In this document: piece by piece, positions 17,104-25,998 of the stretch
Numbering within the stretch: the stretch's first letter is position 1
Layout of the letters: each line of letters begins with the position of its first letter
Source: an uncultured Dehalococcoidia bacterium
Lineage (GTDB): Bacteria; Chloroflexota; Dehalococcoidia; Lucifugimonadales; Australimonadaceae
Length of the DNA: 64,000 nucleotides
Direction of reading: 5' to 3'
NCBI GenBank assembly: GCA_964560025.1
Contig: CAZLKC010000007.1
Coordinates: forward strand, 7,365 to 71,364
The notes under the pieces: generated by a model
Seen by the model: the letters and a program-made list of their open reading frames with translations, nothing else
The model's database searches: none
Told to the model about the DNA's origin: nothing
Position numbers and translations under genes: made by a program

Positions 17104-17670
17104 ATGGGGCGGGTGTACACATTGCCGTTGGAGTTGATGACGGCGGAGTCGTTCGCGCCGTTCGGGGAGGTGCTATAGGCGCCGGAGCGTCCCTCCGACC
17201 GGCGCGCGCTGTTCCCCGCCGACCTGTGGGTGGATGGCGCGCCGACGCTGCACGTCATCTGGCAGCCGGCGGCGGGGCTGCGGTTCACGAAGTTGGAGCG
17301 GCACTTCGGGGTTACGCAGACCTTCTTCCAGTTGGAGGGCTCGCCCGCAGTGGTGGCCGCCGCGCCGCCCACCGACATCGACGACCCCGCCGCCCTGCCC
17401 GACCCTAGCGCGGTGCGGGGGTTCATCATCGACCCGTCCAAGGGGTTCGCGTTCAAGCGCGGGACGTGGCACTCGCTCGACCGCTACCTGGCGCGTCCGC
17501 CGGGGGGCGTGTTCGTCATCCTCAACGTCGACCCGAACCCGACGCAGGTCGTGGACTACGCGGACGGCGTGTCGGTGCGCTACGCTGATCTGTGGACGGA
17601 GCGCGAGACGGGGCGGACGACGCTGCCAGGCGAGTGGGGCGTGGAGTTCGAGGTTCCGGCAGCGTTCTAG
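17104..17670 (+). pseudogene. Ureidoglycolate lyase/hydrolase (AllA, cupin) family gene interrupted by an in-frame TAG at 17176-17178
   Basis: ATG 17104: MGRVYTLPLELMTAESFAPFGEVL-*-APERPSDRRALFPADLWVDGAPTLHVIW...LERHFGVTQTFFQLEG... The conserved N-terminal L..E.F..(F/Y)G.V(I/L) motif lies before the stop. The track ORF 17230..17670 is the remainder, in the same frame. Confidence 0.6.
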
Positions 17671-17683
17671 GGGAGGTTTTCGG

Positions 17684-18751
17684 ATGGCGCAGCACCGCGT
17701 CGCGGTCATACGGGGCGACGGCATCGGGCCAGAGGTGATCGAGGAAGCGTTGAAGGCGCTGGCCGCCGCCGAGCGGCGCTTCGGGCTGTCGCTGACCTAC
17801 GCGGAGTTTGCGTGGGGTTCCGAGTACTACTTCAAGCACGGGCGGATGATGGACGCGGACGCGCTGGACGAGTTGGCGGGGTTCGACGCGATCCTGTTCG
17901 GCGCGGTGGGGCATCCCGACATCCAAGACCACGTTACGCTGAACGGCCTGCTACTGCCGATGCGGCGCGGGTTCGACCAGTACGTCTGCCACCGTCCGAG
18001 CGTGCTCTACGCGGGCGTGGAGTCGCCGTTGCGGGGCAAGGAGGCGGGCGACATCGACATGGTGGTGGTGCGCGAGAACACGGAGGGCGAGTACGCGAAC
18101 GTGGGCGGCTTCCAGTACGCCGGATTTCCCGACGAGGTGGCGCTGCAGACGGCGGTGTTCACGCGGCGGGGGATCGAGCGCGTCGTGCGCTACGCCTTCG
18201 AGTTGGCGCGGGAGAGGAACGGCAAGCGGCGCGTGGCGTCCATCACCAAGTCGAACGCGCAGGGCTACGGGATGGTGCTGTGGGACAGGGTGTTCGACGA
18301 GGTTGCGGCGGAGCATCCGGACATCGAGACGGAGTCGCTGCTGGTGGATGCGGCGTGCATGAACTTCATCCGCAGGCCGGAGTCGTTCGACGTGGTGGTT
18401 GGGAGCAACCTGTTCGGCGACATCCTGACGGACATCGCGGCCATCGTTACGGGCAGCATGGGCCTAGCAGCGAGCGGAAATATCAACCCTGAGCGGCGTT
18501 TCCCGTCGACGTTCGAGCCGGTGCACGGGAGCGCGCCGGACATCGTGGGACGCGGGATAGCGAATCCGTGCGCCGCCGCGTTCTCCGCCGCGATGATGCT
18601 GCGCCACCTCGGCGAGACGGAGGCGGGCGACGCTATCGACGCGGCGGCGCAGTCCGTCCTGCGCAATGGGACGGCGCTAACACCGGACTTGGGTGGGTCG
18701 GCGACGACGGCGCAGGTGGGCGACGCGATAGCGGCGGGGGTGAGGGGATAG
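17684..18751 (+). CDS. Tartrate dehydrogenase/decarboxylase / D-malate dehydrogenase (isopropylmalate/isocitrate DH family)
   Basis: ATG 17684 follows [18 protein letters not shown]..., [39 protein letters not shown] closely resemble TtuC-type enzymes. Confidence 0.88.
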   Translation: MAQHRVAVIRGDGIGPEVIEEALKALAAAERRFGLSLTYAEFAWGSEYYFKHGRMMDADALDELAGFDAILFGAVGHPDIQDHVTLNGLLLPMRRGFDQYVCHRPSVLYAGVESPLRGKEAGDIDMVVVRENTEGEYANVGGFQYAGFPDEVALQTAVFTRRGIERVVRYAFELARERNGKRRVASITKSNAQGYGMVLWDRVFDEVAAEHPDIETESLLVDAACMNFIRRPESFDVVVGSNLFGDILTDIAAIVTGSMGLAASGNINPERRFPSTFEPVHGSAPDIVGRGIANPCAAAFSAAMMLRHLGETEAGDAIDAAAQSVLRNGTALTPDLGGSATTAQVGDAIAAGVRG

Positions 18752-18843
18752 GGGGCGGGGCGAGCACGTGCGTTGCACTCTGCCCGCTCAAATCGGTGAT
18801 ACGGTGGGGCGTACATCCGCTCCGGCGGTAAGGAGGCACGCAG

Positions 18844-19194
18844 ATGTGGGGTGCTGTGTTGGCGGCGGTTCCGTGGGTTGAGATCATCAAGGCCGCGCCC
18901 AAGATAGCGGAGGAGACCCGCAAGTGGTACGACAGCGCGAGGGGGCGGCAGCCAAGGCAACCATCGGAGGGTGCGCCTAAGGGCGACGGCATACCGGCGT
19001 TGCGCGCCGATTTGAAGGTAGTCCAGGAGCGTTTGGATGTCTCGGAGAGCAACGAGCAGGCGCAGGCCGAACTCATCACGCGGATGGCACGGCACCAAGC
19101 GGGGTTGGTGCGGTGGGTTATGGCGCTGACGGTGGTCGCGGTGCTGACGAGCGTGGCGGCGGTTGCGGCGCTCGTCATCGTCGTCGTGGGGTGA
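18844..19194 (+). CDS. Small hypothetical protein with C-terminal transmembrane anchor
   Basis: 116 aa. A strong SD (TAAGGAGG) lies 7 nt before the ATG. The hydrophilic, coiled-looking N-terminal part ends in ...[25 protein letters not shown]. Confidence 0.6.
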   Translation: MWGAVLAAVPWVEIIKAAPKIAEETRKWYDSARGRQPRQPSEGAPKGDGIPALRADLKVVQERLDVSESNEQAQAELITRMARHQAGLVRWVMALTVVAVLTSVAAVAALVIVVVG

Positions 19195-19197
19195 GGC

Positions 19198-19360
19198 GGG
19201 GGCAACCAGCAGGTCGCCCCTACAAGGCCCGCCCGGCCACGGCCCCGTGTCGTCGGGGCGGGTTTTGGGGTTGCGGAACGCCTAGCGCCGAGATTCCTGC
19301 CTCCGCAGAACGATGGATTGGGGAGGCGGTTCGCCCTTCGAGTTCTCTCAGGGTGAACGG
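19198..19360 (+). repeat. Composite intergenic repeat with all four modules: C, D, B (1-nt deletion in the stem), A
   Basis: gggggcaaccagcaggtcgcccctacaagg ... ccccgtgtcgtcggggcgggttttggggttgcgg ... gcgccgagattcctgcctccgcagaacgatgg ... gttcgcccttcgagttctctcagggtgaacgg. Confidence 0.85.
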
Positions 19361-19395
19361 GAGCAGGGGCGCGGAAAGGGTGGCGGTGGGAGGGG

Positions 19396-20310
19396 CTACG
19401 TCACCTTTTCGCCCATGATGAATTGGCGGACGGCTTCGTTGAACTCGGCGGGTTTCTCCCAGTGGGCCCAGAAGCCGGTTTGGGGGAGGAGTTTGAACTG
19501 GGCGCCGGGGATGAGGGAGGCGAGGCGCTCGCCCGCGTCGGGGCCGGTGCCCTCGCTGCCGTCGTTCCAGATGACGAGGACGGGGAGATCGATCTTGGAG
19601 ACCTGCTCCTCGGTGGCGAGGTATTGGGCGCCTTTGCCGGAGGCGTAGTAGTCGTAGACGCGGATCATGCCGTCGTTGGTGGAGGGGCGCAGGTAGTGGG
19701 CGAGGCGCACGTCGACCAGTTCGTCCGTTACCTGCTCGGGGTGGTCGCGGTGCATGACCATCAGCAGGCGGGCGCGGACGCCGTCCCAGGTGAGGTTGCG
19801 GAGCAGTTGCTTGCTGCGCTCGACCATCGAGATGCCGCCCGCGGGGGGCGCGGCGGGGGGCTTGACGGCGCCCTCTTCCCACTTGATGGCGATGCCCGAT
19901 TCGAAGATGACGCCCTTGAGGCGGTGGGGGTGCTCGAGCACTAGCGGGGTCATGCCGCTGGCGCCGCCCGCCTCGCCGTGGATCCACACCTTGTCGAGGC
20001 CGAGGGTGTCCATCAGGTCGAGCACCTCGTCGGTTACCTGGGCGTTCATGTGCTCCCACATCGGCGGCGCGTCGGTCATACCGTGCCACAGCATCTCGAC
20101 GCCGATGACGTGGAAGTGCTGCGCGAGTGGGACGAGGTTGCGGGAGAAGGTCTCGATGTGGCCGCCGCCGCCGTGGAGCATCAGGAGGGTTTCGGGGTTG
20201 CCCTGTCCCGCCTCGGCGATGCGGATGCGGTAGCGCTGCCCCTGCACGAAGCGGATGTCCGCGCCGAGGAAGTCCACCCAGATGCTGTTGGGGGTGTCAG
20301 GCCGGGGCAT
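19396..20310 (-). CDS. Alpha/beta-fold protein of the meta-cleavage-product (C-C) hydrolase family, apparently lacking the catalytic Ser and His
   Basis: 304 aa. LMLHGGGGH...; the nucleophile elbow reads IHGEAGGA where MhpC/BphD have GNSMGG. The C-terminal motif reads TGFWAHWEKPAEFN where they have CGHWAQWEHADEFN. Confidence 0.8.
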   Translation of the reverse strand: MPRPDTPNSIWVDFLGADIRFVQGQRYRIRIAEAGQGNPETLLMLHGGGGHIETFSRNLVPLAQHFHVIGVEMLWHGMTDAPPMWEHMNAQVTDEVLDLMDTLGLDKVWIHGEAGGASGMTPLVLEHPHRLKGVIFESGIAIKWEEGAVKPPAAPPAGGISMVERSKQLLRNLTWDGVRARLLMVMHRDHPEQVTDELVDVRLAHYLRPSTNDGMIRVYDYYASGKGAQYLATEEQVSKIDLPVLVIWNDGSEGTGPDAGERLASLIPGAQFKLLPQTGFWAHWEKPAEFNEAVRQFIMGEKVT

Positions 20311-20353
20311 ATGCGTCTCCTTGTCGTGTGCGGGCGAGGGTGCGGCTACCCTG

Positions 20354-21481
20354 CTACCACTGGACGAACATGGGCATTACTACGTGGACGTAGGCGGCGT
20401 CGTCTACTTGGCGGACTACGCCGGGGCTGGAGGGGGAGGTCATCTCTAGGGCGACCTTCTCTTTGTCGAGAACGGCTAGGACATCGGTGAGGTAGCGGGC
20501 GTTGAAGGCGATGCGCCCCTCGCCACCCTCGACCTGCGCCTCGAGCTGGCCCTCGCTGTCGCCGATCTCTTCGGCGCGGGAGGAGACGGTGAGGTGGCCG
20601 GGGGCATCCTCGCCGGGCTCCATGCGGAGGCGGATGATGCCGCTGCCGTCCTTGGCGAAGATGGAGGCGGTGCGGGTTACGCGGCGAAGTTCGGCGAGGT
20701 CGACGACGGCGCGAGTGTCGTGCGCGGTGGGGACGAGTTGCTCGTAGTTGGGGAAGGTTCCCTGGATGAGCTGGGAGACGATCTCGATGTCGCGCAGGCG
20801 GAAGAGGATTTGACTGCGCTGGGGGGTGATGACGAGGTCGATGGGCATGTCGCCTTCGATGAGGCGTTCGACCTCCTGCATGGTGCGGGCAGGGACGATA
20901 GCGGTCATCTCCTCTTCGACGGGCTCAAGGAGGAGTGCGTGGTGGACGGCGAGGCGGAAGCCGTCGGCGGCGGCGAGGGTGAGGCGTTCGCCCTGGAAGT
21001 GCATGTTGACGCCGGTGAGGACGGGGCGGGAGTCCTCGAAGGCGGATGCGAAGACGACTTGGCGGATGGCGTCGCGCAGCGCTTTGGCGGAGATGCGAGT
21101 TACGGATCCCTCGGTGGGAGTGGGGATGGGGGGGAATTCGCCCGCGTCGGCGCCGTGCATGGTGGCGTTGGTGCGGTCGCCCTTGATCTCGATGCCCGTG
21201 CCGGCCTCGAGCGTCTTGACGCTGATGGTCTGGGGTTCGAGCGAGTTGATGAAGTCGGTGAGCAGGCGGGCGGGGATGGTGATGCCACCCTCGGCTTCGA
21301 CCTCCGCGCCGATCCAGGTGCTTATGGCGATCTCGAGGTTGGTGGCGGAGAGCTTGATGCGGCCGGCGTCGGAGGCGATGAGGACGTGCTGGGTGATGGG
21401 CAGCGTGGTGCGGGTGGCGACGGCGCGTTGGACGATGCCGAGGCCTTGGCGGAGGTTCTCCTGAAGGCAGTTCAGGTGCAT
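20354..21481 (-). CDS. dnaN: DNA polymerase III subunit beta (sliding clamp)
   Basis: From ATG 21481: MHLNCLQENLRQGLGIVQRAV..RTTLPI..HVLI......IKLSATNLEI.I; about 375 aa with the three-domain clamp pattern. Confidence 0.92.
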   Translation of the reverse strand: MHLNCLQENLRQGLGIVQRAVATRTTLPITQHVLIASDAGRIKLSATNLEIAISTWIGAEVEAEGGITIPARLLTDFINSLEPQTISVKTLEAGTGIEIKGDRTNATMHGADAGEFPPIPTPTEGSVTRISAKALRDAIRQVVFASAFEDSRPVLTGVNMHFQGERLTLAAADGFRLAVHHALLLEPVEEEMTAIVPARTMQEVERLIEGDMPIDLVITPQRSQILFRLRDIEIVSQLIQGTFPNYEQLVPTAHDTRAVVDLAELRRVTRTASIFAKDGSGIIRLRMEPGEDAPGHLTVSSRAEEIGDSEGQLEAQVEGGEGRIAFNARYLTDVLAVLDKEKVALEMTSPSSPGVVRQVDDAAYVHVVMPMFVQW

Positions 21482-21585
21482 GGGACGTACCTCAATATGT
21501 TGTGGTTGTGGTTGCGGGCGGCGCAAGTATAGGCGGGAAGTGCAAGCGCCCGCAAGGCGAGGCGGCAGGGCGCGCAGAGCGCGGG

Positions 21586-21647
21586 GATGCCCTTCGAGTT
21601 CCCTCAGGGCGAACGTAGGAGGCGACCAGCAGGTCGCCCCTACAAGG
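21586..21647 (+). repeat. Intergenic repeat: module A directly followed by module C
   Basis: gatgcccttcgagttccctcagggcgaacg tagga ggcgaccagcaggtcgcccctacaagg. Confidence 0.85.
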
Positions 21648-21664
21648 GGGGATGGGGGCGCGGG

Positions 21665-22162
21665 CTACTGCCAGCCGGTGAGGAGCTCGACGAGCTGGTC
21701 AATCTGCTCGGGGGTGAGGGTCTCGCCGAAGTTCTGCGGCATCAGGTCGGGTTCGCAAGGGCCGGTGGGGCACTCGGCGGCGAGTTCGGCGTTAGGGTCG
21801 AGGATGGAGAGGCGGATGGCGTCGGCGTCGAGGCGGGCGCCGATGTCGGAGAGGTCGGGGCCGACCTGGCCGTTGGCCTGAGGGATGGCGGCGACGGCGT
21901 GGCAGGCGCCGCATCCGGCAATCTGGACGAAGACGCGGGCGCCGCCGGTGAGACTCGCGCCGCCGTTGCCCACCGGGCCGGAGGGGGTGGGCGTGGGGAC
22001 GGGGGTGACGCCGGGCGCCTCGCACGGGCTGGCGACGAGCACGCCGCCCTGCGCGACGAGGCATTCGTTGGCGGCGGGGTCGGACTCCGTTCCGCAGGCG
22101 GCGGCGAGCGCCAGCACGGCGACGGCAAGCAGCGCGGCGGCGAGGGTTTTGGAGTGGAGCAA
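21665..22162 (-). CDS. Lipoprotein c-type cytochrome (class I, single haem)
   Basis: Signal peptide plus lipobox (LALAAAC). Single CGACH haem-binding motif, with a distal Met candidate in ...PDLMPQNF. Confidence 0.85.
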   Translation of the reverse strand: MLHSKTLAAALLAVAVLALAAACGTESDPAANECLVAQGGVLVASPCEAPGVTPVPTPTPSGPVGNGGASLTGGARVFVQIAGCGACHAVAAIPQANGQVGPDLSDIGARLDADAIRLSILDPNAELAAECPTGPCEPDLMPQNFGETLTPEQIDQLVELLTGWQ

Positions 22163-22308
22163 GCGGTCTCTCAGCGGGAGGCCTTGCGCCGGCCTGCGCT
22201 CAGTGGACTAGGCGGGCGCGGGCGACACGGGAGTGTGGAGTGGTTCCCGCAATAGGTATCACCCGCCCGTGCGGCGTGTCAAGACGCGGGGGGCGCCGCC
22301 GACTCCCT

Positions 22309-22340
22309 GTTCGCCCTTCGAGTTCGCTCAGGGCGAACGG
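22309..22340 (+). repeat. Module A copy with an extended 9-bp stem
   Basis: gttcgccct-tcgagttcgctc-agggcgaac gg. Confidence 0.8.
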
Positions 22341-22348
22341 AGGGCGGG

Positions 22349-22573
22349 CTAGCCGGTGCGCTTGACTTCGAGCGACTCGCCGGGGGCGAGCGCGACTCGG
22401 CGGACGTTGATGCCGAGCTTGAGCAGCCAGTAGCCGAGCGTGGCCTTGCTGACGTCGAGCGTCTGCGCCGTGGCCGTGAGGCCGTGCTCGTTGATCATCT
22501 CCGGGAGGAGCCGCTCCAGCGGTTGGCGGTAGCGGTCCTCCACGTTCTGCATGAGACGGGTCTTACGCGCCAT
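22349..22573 (-). CDS. Small helix-turn-helix DNA-binding protein
   Basis: From ATG 22573: MARKTRLMQNVEDRYRQPLERLLPEMINEHGLTATAQTLDVSKATLGYWLLKLGI..., an HTH of the 'T..A..LGVS..TL..W' type. The upstream part of the track ORF is probably untranslated. Confidence 0.7.
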   Translation of the reverse strand: MARKTRLMQNVEDRYRQPLERLLPEMINEHGLTATAQTLDVSKATLGYWLLKLGINVRRVALAPGESLEVKRTG

Positions 22574-22807
22574 ACGTACCCCTCCCCTAGCGTTCGTGCG
22601 GACGTGCACAGGATTCGGTTGTATTTCCCCGGCGCGTATTTGACCGCATACTGAGCGGATAGTCAACCTGGCGCATAAGTGCGGGGCTAACCGGCGGGCT
22701 ATGCAGCGGTTTAGTCAAAGTATTAGAATCGTTTAGAACACGCCCGCGCAGCCTCACCGCGCCAGCGGCGGCAAGCGCAAGGCGGCCTTGCGGAGGCGCC
22801 CTAACCT

Positions 22808-23275
22808 ATGCCCGGAGAACTCGTCACGTTCCTCACCGCGATGGCGCCCATCGGCGAGTTGCGCGCCGCCGTGCCGCTGGGCGTCGTGCAGTACGGGCTG
22901 TCGTGGCAGGTGGTGCTGCCGCTGGCGGTGCTGGGCAATCTGGCTCCCGTTCCGTTCGTGCTGTTGGGGCTGCACGGCGTCGGTGAGCGCGTGGAGCGCA
23001 TGGACAACCCGTTGGGGGCGTTGCTGCGCTGGCGCACGCGGCGGCTGGAGGAGCGGTGGGGAGAGTTCGTGCGCCGCTACGAGTTCTGGGCGGTGATGCT
23101 GATGGTGGCGATTCCCCTACCCTTCACCGGGGCATGGACGGGGTGCCTGGCTGTGTGGTCGCTGCGCGTGCCGCTGCGGAAGGGGTTGCCGGCGATCGCG
23201 TTGGGGGTGGCTATCGCGGGTATCATCGTGGTTATCCTGGTGGAGGCGGGCGTCGAGGCGTTCAGGCACGTCTAG
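22808..23275 (+). CDS. Small multidrug-export-family membrane protein (COG2426-like)
   Basis: 155 aa, 4 TM. The APIGELRAAVPLG... N-terminus is characteristic of this family. Confidence 0.75.
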   Translation: MPGELVTFLTAMAPIGELRAAVPLGVVQYGLSWQVVLPLAVLGNLAPVPFVLLGLHGVGERVERMDNPLGALLRWRTRRLEERWGEFVRRYEFWAVMLMVAIPLPFTGAWTGCLAVWSLRVPLRKGLPAIALGVAIAGIIVVILVEAGVEAFRHV

Positions 23276-23294
23276 GGAGCAATCGAGGAGCGCT

Positions 23295-23783
23295 ATGCAG
23301 TTCTGGGAGAAGGTGCGGCGGAACCACGGGCTGGAGCACGCGGCGATCACGCTGATGCTGCCGCACGCGCGGCAGAACCGCGTCGTCGCGGGCTACTCGC
23401 TGCCCGGGGGATTTCTGGTGCTGGGCGACTTCGAGACGGGGCAGGTGGAACGGTTCGCGCAGGAGGGGTTGGAGCGGATGCAGCAGGGCCAGGCCGACCT
23501 GGCGGTGTCGCCCTTCTGCGGGACGAATATCGTGGTGGCGGCGGCGCTGGCGACGCTGGGCGCGGTGGTGGCGTTGCGGTTCGGCGGGTTCGGCCTTCGG
23601 GGGCTGAACCGCGCCTTCTCGAACGCGACGCTCGCGCTGGTGGCGTCGCGCCCCATCGGGCGGTTCGTGCAGGAGCGCTACACCACGTCGGCGGACGTGG
23701 GCGGGGCGAGCATCGAGCGCGTGAGGCGCTACGAGATCGGCGGCCTGACGGTGCACTGGGTGGCGACGCGGTTCGCGTCGTGA
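23295..23783 (+). CDS. Conserved-looking hypothetical protein (162 aa)
   Basis: Balanced composition, with an HGLEHAAITL motif and a hydrophobic central segment. It starts 19 nt after the preceding gene. Confidence 0.6.
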   Translation: MQFWEKVRRNHGLEHAAITLMLPHARQNRVVAGYSLPGGFLVLGDFETGQVERFAQEGLERMQQGQADLAVSPFCGTNIVVAAALATLGAVVALRFGGFGLRGLNRAFSNATLALVASRPIGRFVQERYTTSADVGGASIERVRRYEIGGLTVHWVATRFAS

Positions 23784-23794
23784 GGGCGGCGGGG

Positions 23795-23870
23795 TGGCAT
23801 CCCCGGACGGATTCGAACCGTCGGCCGTCTGCTTAGAAGGCAGCTGCTCTGTCCGCTGAGCTACGGGGAC
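23795..23870 (-). tRNA. tRNA-Arg (anticodon UCU), CCA encoded
   Basis: Reverse complement: GTCCCCGTAGCTCAGCGGACAGAGCAGCTGCCTTCTAAGCAGACGGCCGACGGTTCGAATCCGTCCGGGGATGCCA. It has a 7-bp acceptor stem, GCTC/GAGC D stem, CUUCUAA anticodon loop and GACGG-TTCGAAT-CCGTC T arm. Confidence 0.92.
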
Positions 23871-23959
23871 TTGCGCGGTTATAGTAGTAACGCCTCCGGC
23901 GGCGGTCAAGCGAAGTGCTTGGCCGCGCCGCGCGTTCGGGCATTCCACGAGGAGTCGCT

Positions 23960-24739
23960 ATGGCAGCCACGTTGACCTACGAGACGGCGGGCGGGGTCGC
24001 CGTCCTCACGCTGCGGCGCGAGGAGCGGCGCAACGCCATCAACCGCGCGATGATCGCCGACCTGACGGAGGCGGTGGAGGCGTTCGAGGGGGACGCGGCG
24101 GCGCGCGTGCTCATCGTAACGGGCGCGGGGAGCGCGTTCTCGGCCGGGGCGGACATCAAGGAGCGCGCCGAGAACGCGGGCGATATGTCCGTGCAGCGCA
24201 CGTCGCTCCACATCTCGCCCCTCTTCCGCCGCATCGAACTGGTGGACAAGGTGGTCATCGCGGCGATCAACGGCCCCGCCGTCGGGGGCGGGTGTGAGTT
24301 GGCGCTGGCGTGCGACTTGCGCGTGGCGGGGAGGAGCGCGGTGTTCGCGCTGCCCGAGGTGCGGCTGGGCATCCTGCCGGGGGCTGGGGGCACTCAACGT
24401 CTGCCGCGCGTCGTCGGCCCGGCCCGCGCCAAGGAGATGATGCTGCTCGCCCGCTACCTGGACGCAGAGGCCGCCCTCGCGTGGGGATTGGTGAATGAGG
24501 TGGTGGACGACGCCGAGTTGATGCCGCGCGCCCGTGCGCTCGCCGCCGAGGTCATCGAGATGGCGCCGGTCGCGCTCGGCGTCATCAAGTCCGCCGTGGA
24601 TAAGGCGCAAGACCTTGACTTGGACGCGGGCTTGGCCTTCGAGCAGGAGTGCTCGCAGGTGGTGGCGGCCACCGCCGACCGCGTCGAGGGCTATCAGGCG
24701 TTCGTGGAGAAGCGCAAGCCGCGCTTCACAGGACGGTAG
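23960..24739 (+). CDS. Enoyl-CoA hydratase/isomerase (crotonase) family protein
   Basis: From ATG 23960 (GAGGAG upstream): ...VLTLRREERRNAIN...VLIVTGAGSAFSAGADIKE...AAINGPAVGGGCELALACDLRVA. Confidence 0.9.
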   Translation: MAATLTYETAGGVAVLTLRREERRNAINRAMIADLTEAVEAFEGDAAARVLIVTGAGSAFSAGADIKERAENAGDMSVQRTSLHISPLFRRIELVDKVVIAAINGPAVGGGCELALACDLRVAGRSAVFALPEVRLGILPGAGGTQRLPRVVGPARAKEMMLLARYLDAEAALAWGLVNEVVDDAELMPRARALAAEVIEMAPVALGVIKSAVDKAQDLDLDAGLAFEQECSQVVAATADRVEGYQAFVEKRKPRFTGR

Positions 24740-24845
24740 GGCGCAGTAAATCGGGGAATCGAGGCTATTGCCGAGAAGCGGGGATGTGATACCCTGCGCA
24801 GCGAGACACCTTCACACTCTTTGGGATAGCGGGAGGAATGCATCG

Positions 24846-25916
24846 ATGGTCACCCCTAAGCGAATGCTCGCGCTCCTGGCGCTGCTGCTCGTTGCTCTCG
24901 CGGCGGCGGCATGCGGCGGGGACTCGGAAGAGGCGCGCGGGAACACACTGGACGACATACTGGATCGGGGCAACCTGATCTGCGGCATCAAGGCGGACAC
25001 GCCGGGCTTCGGCGTGCTGAACCCGGACGGCACCGCGGACGGGAACGACGTTGAGTACTGCCGTGCGCTGGCGGCGGCGGTGTTCGGCGACAAGGACAAG
25101 GTCGAGTTCAAGGAGGCCACCTCCGGGAACCGCTTCGAACTGCTGGCGGCGGAGGAGATCGACGTGCTAATTCGCACGACGACGTGGACGGCCAGCCGCG
25201 ACGCAGACTTGAACGTGGCGTTTGCGCCGACGACCTTCTACGACGGCGCGGGCGTAATGGTGAAGGCGAGCGCCAACGTGTCCAGCGTCAGGGACCTGGA
25301 CGGGGCGACCATCTGCATCCTAGACGGCACGAGCACGCAGGGCGCGGTGTCGGACTTCTTCTCCGAGAACGGAATCACCTACTCGGAGTTGACCTTCCAG
25401 GCCAACCCTGAGCTGCGCGCGTCGTTCATCAGCGACCAGTGCGACGGTTGGTCGTCCGACAAGTCGCAGCTGGGCGGCCACCAGTTCACGCTGAAGGCGG
25501 ACGACGGCGTCGACGCCGTGGTGCTGCCTGAGACGCTCTCGAAGGAGCCTCTGGGCCCGAGCGTGCGCGACTACGACTCCGAGTGGGAGGACGTGGTGCG
25601 CTGGGTGGTGAACGGGATGATCATCGCGGAGGAGCAGGGCGTCACGATGGGCAACGTTGGCCAGATGGCGTCCAACCCGCCGAACAACACGGTGGCGCGG
25701 CTGCTGGGCGTGGGCTTCCAGGGCGGCGCGCCGTCGAACCTGGGCGTCGGCCACGGCAAGATTCCGAGCACGTTCATGCAGGACGTGATCGCGCAGGTCG
25801 GCAACTACGGCGAGGCTTACGAGCGCACGCTGGAGCGGGTCGGCCTGACGCGGGCGGGGTCGCCGAACGCCTCCTACTTGGACGGTGGGCAGATCTACTC
25901 GCCGCCGATGCGCTAG
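24846..25916 (+). CDS. aapJ: General L-amino-acid ABC transporter substrate-binding lipoprotein (AapJ/BztA-like)
   Basis: ATG 24846 follows GGGAGG. Signal peptide with lipobox (LAAAACGG), and a family-3 SBP pattern of about 350 aa. Confidence 0.8.
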   Translation: MVTPKRMLALLALLLVALAAAACGGDSEEARGNTLDDILDRGNLICGIKADTPGFGVLNPDGTADGNDVEYCRALAAAVFGDKDKVEFKEATSGNRFELLAAEEIDVLIRTTTWTASRDADLNVAFAPTTFYDGAGVMVKASANVSSVRDLDGATICILDGTSTQGAVSDFFSENGITYSELTFQANPELRASFISDQCDGWSSDKSQLGGHQFTLKADDGVDAVVLPETLSKEPLGPSVRDYDSEWEDVVRWVVNGMIIAEEQGVTMGNVGQMASNPPNNTVARLLGVGFQGGAPSNLGVGHGKIPSTFMQDVIAQVGNYGEAYERTLERVGLTRAGSPNASYLDGGQIYSPPMR

Positions 25917-25946
25917 GCGACCAACGCCGAACCGAGCGGACACTGC

Positions 25947-25982
25947 GAGGGGCGGGCAGTATTGCCCGCCCCTCGTTCTTTG
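25947..25982 (+). terminator. Rho-independent terminator/attenuator hairpin after the SBP gene
   Basis: gaggggcgggca-gtat-tgcccgcccctc (12-bp perfect stem) followed by gttctttgg. It lies between aapJ and the permease genes. Confidence 0.6.
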
Positions 25983-25998
25983 GTAGGCTAGGGCCGCG

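Noticed and set aside
17176-17178. The in-frame TAG as a pyrrolysine codon or sign of an alternative genetic code
   Set aside because: Several well-supported genes in the window terminate with TAG (for example tal-pgi at 8359 and purB at 63156). No pyl genes or PYLIS-like context are evident, and the family is not known to use Pyl. A nonsense mutation or sequencing error is more parsimonious.
21495-21515. TTGTGGTTGTGGTTG just upstream of dnaN as possible DnaA boxes or oriC; dnaN here is not preceded by dnaA
   Set aside because: There are only two weak half-matches to TGTGGATAA, no AT-rich unwinding element and no dnaA gene. The remainder of the gap is occupied by repeat modules A and C. This is insufficient to call an origin.
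23795-23870. tRNA-Arg as an integration hotspot marking a genomic island
   Set aside because: No integrase, no duplicated tRNA 3' segment and no compositional shift occurs on either side. The flanking genes look like ordinary core genes.
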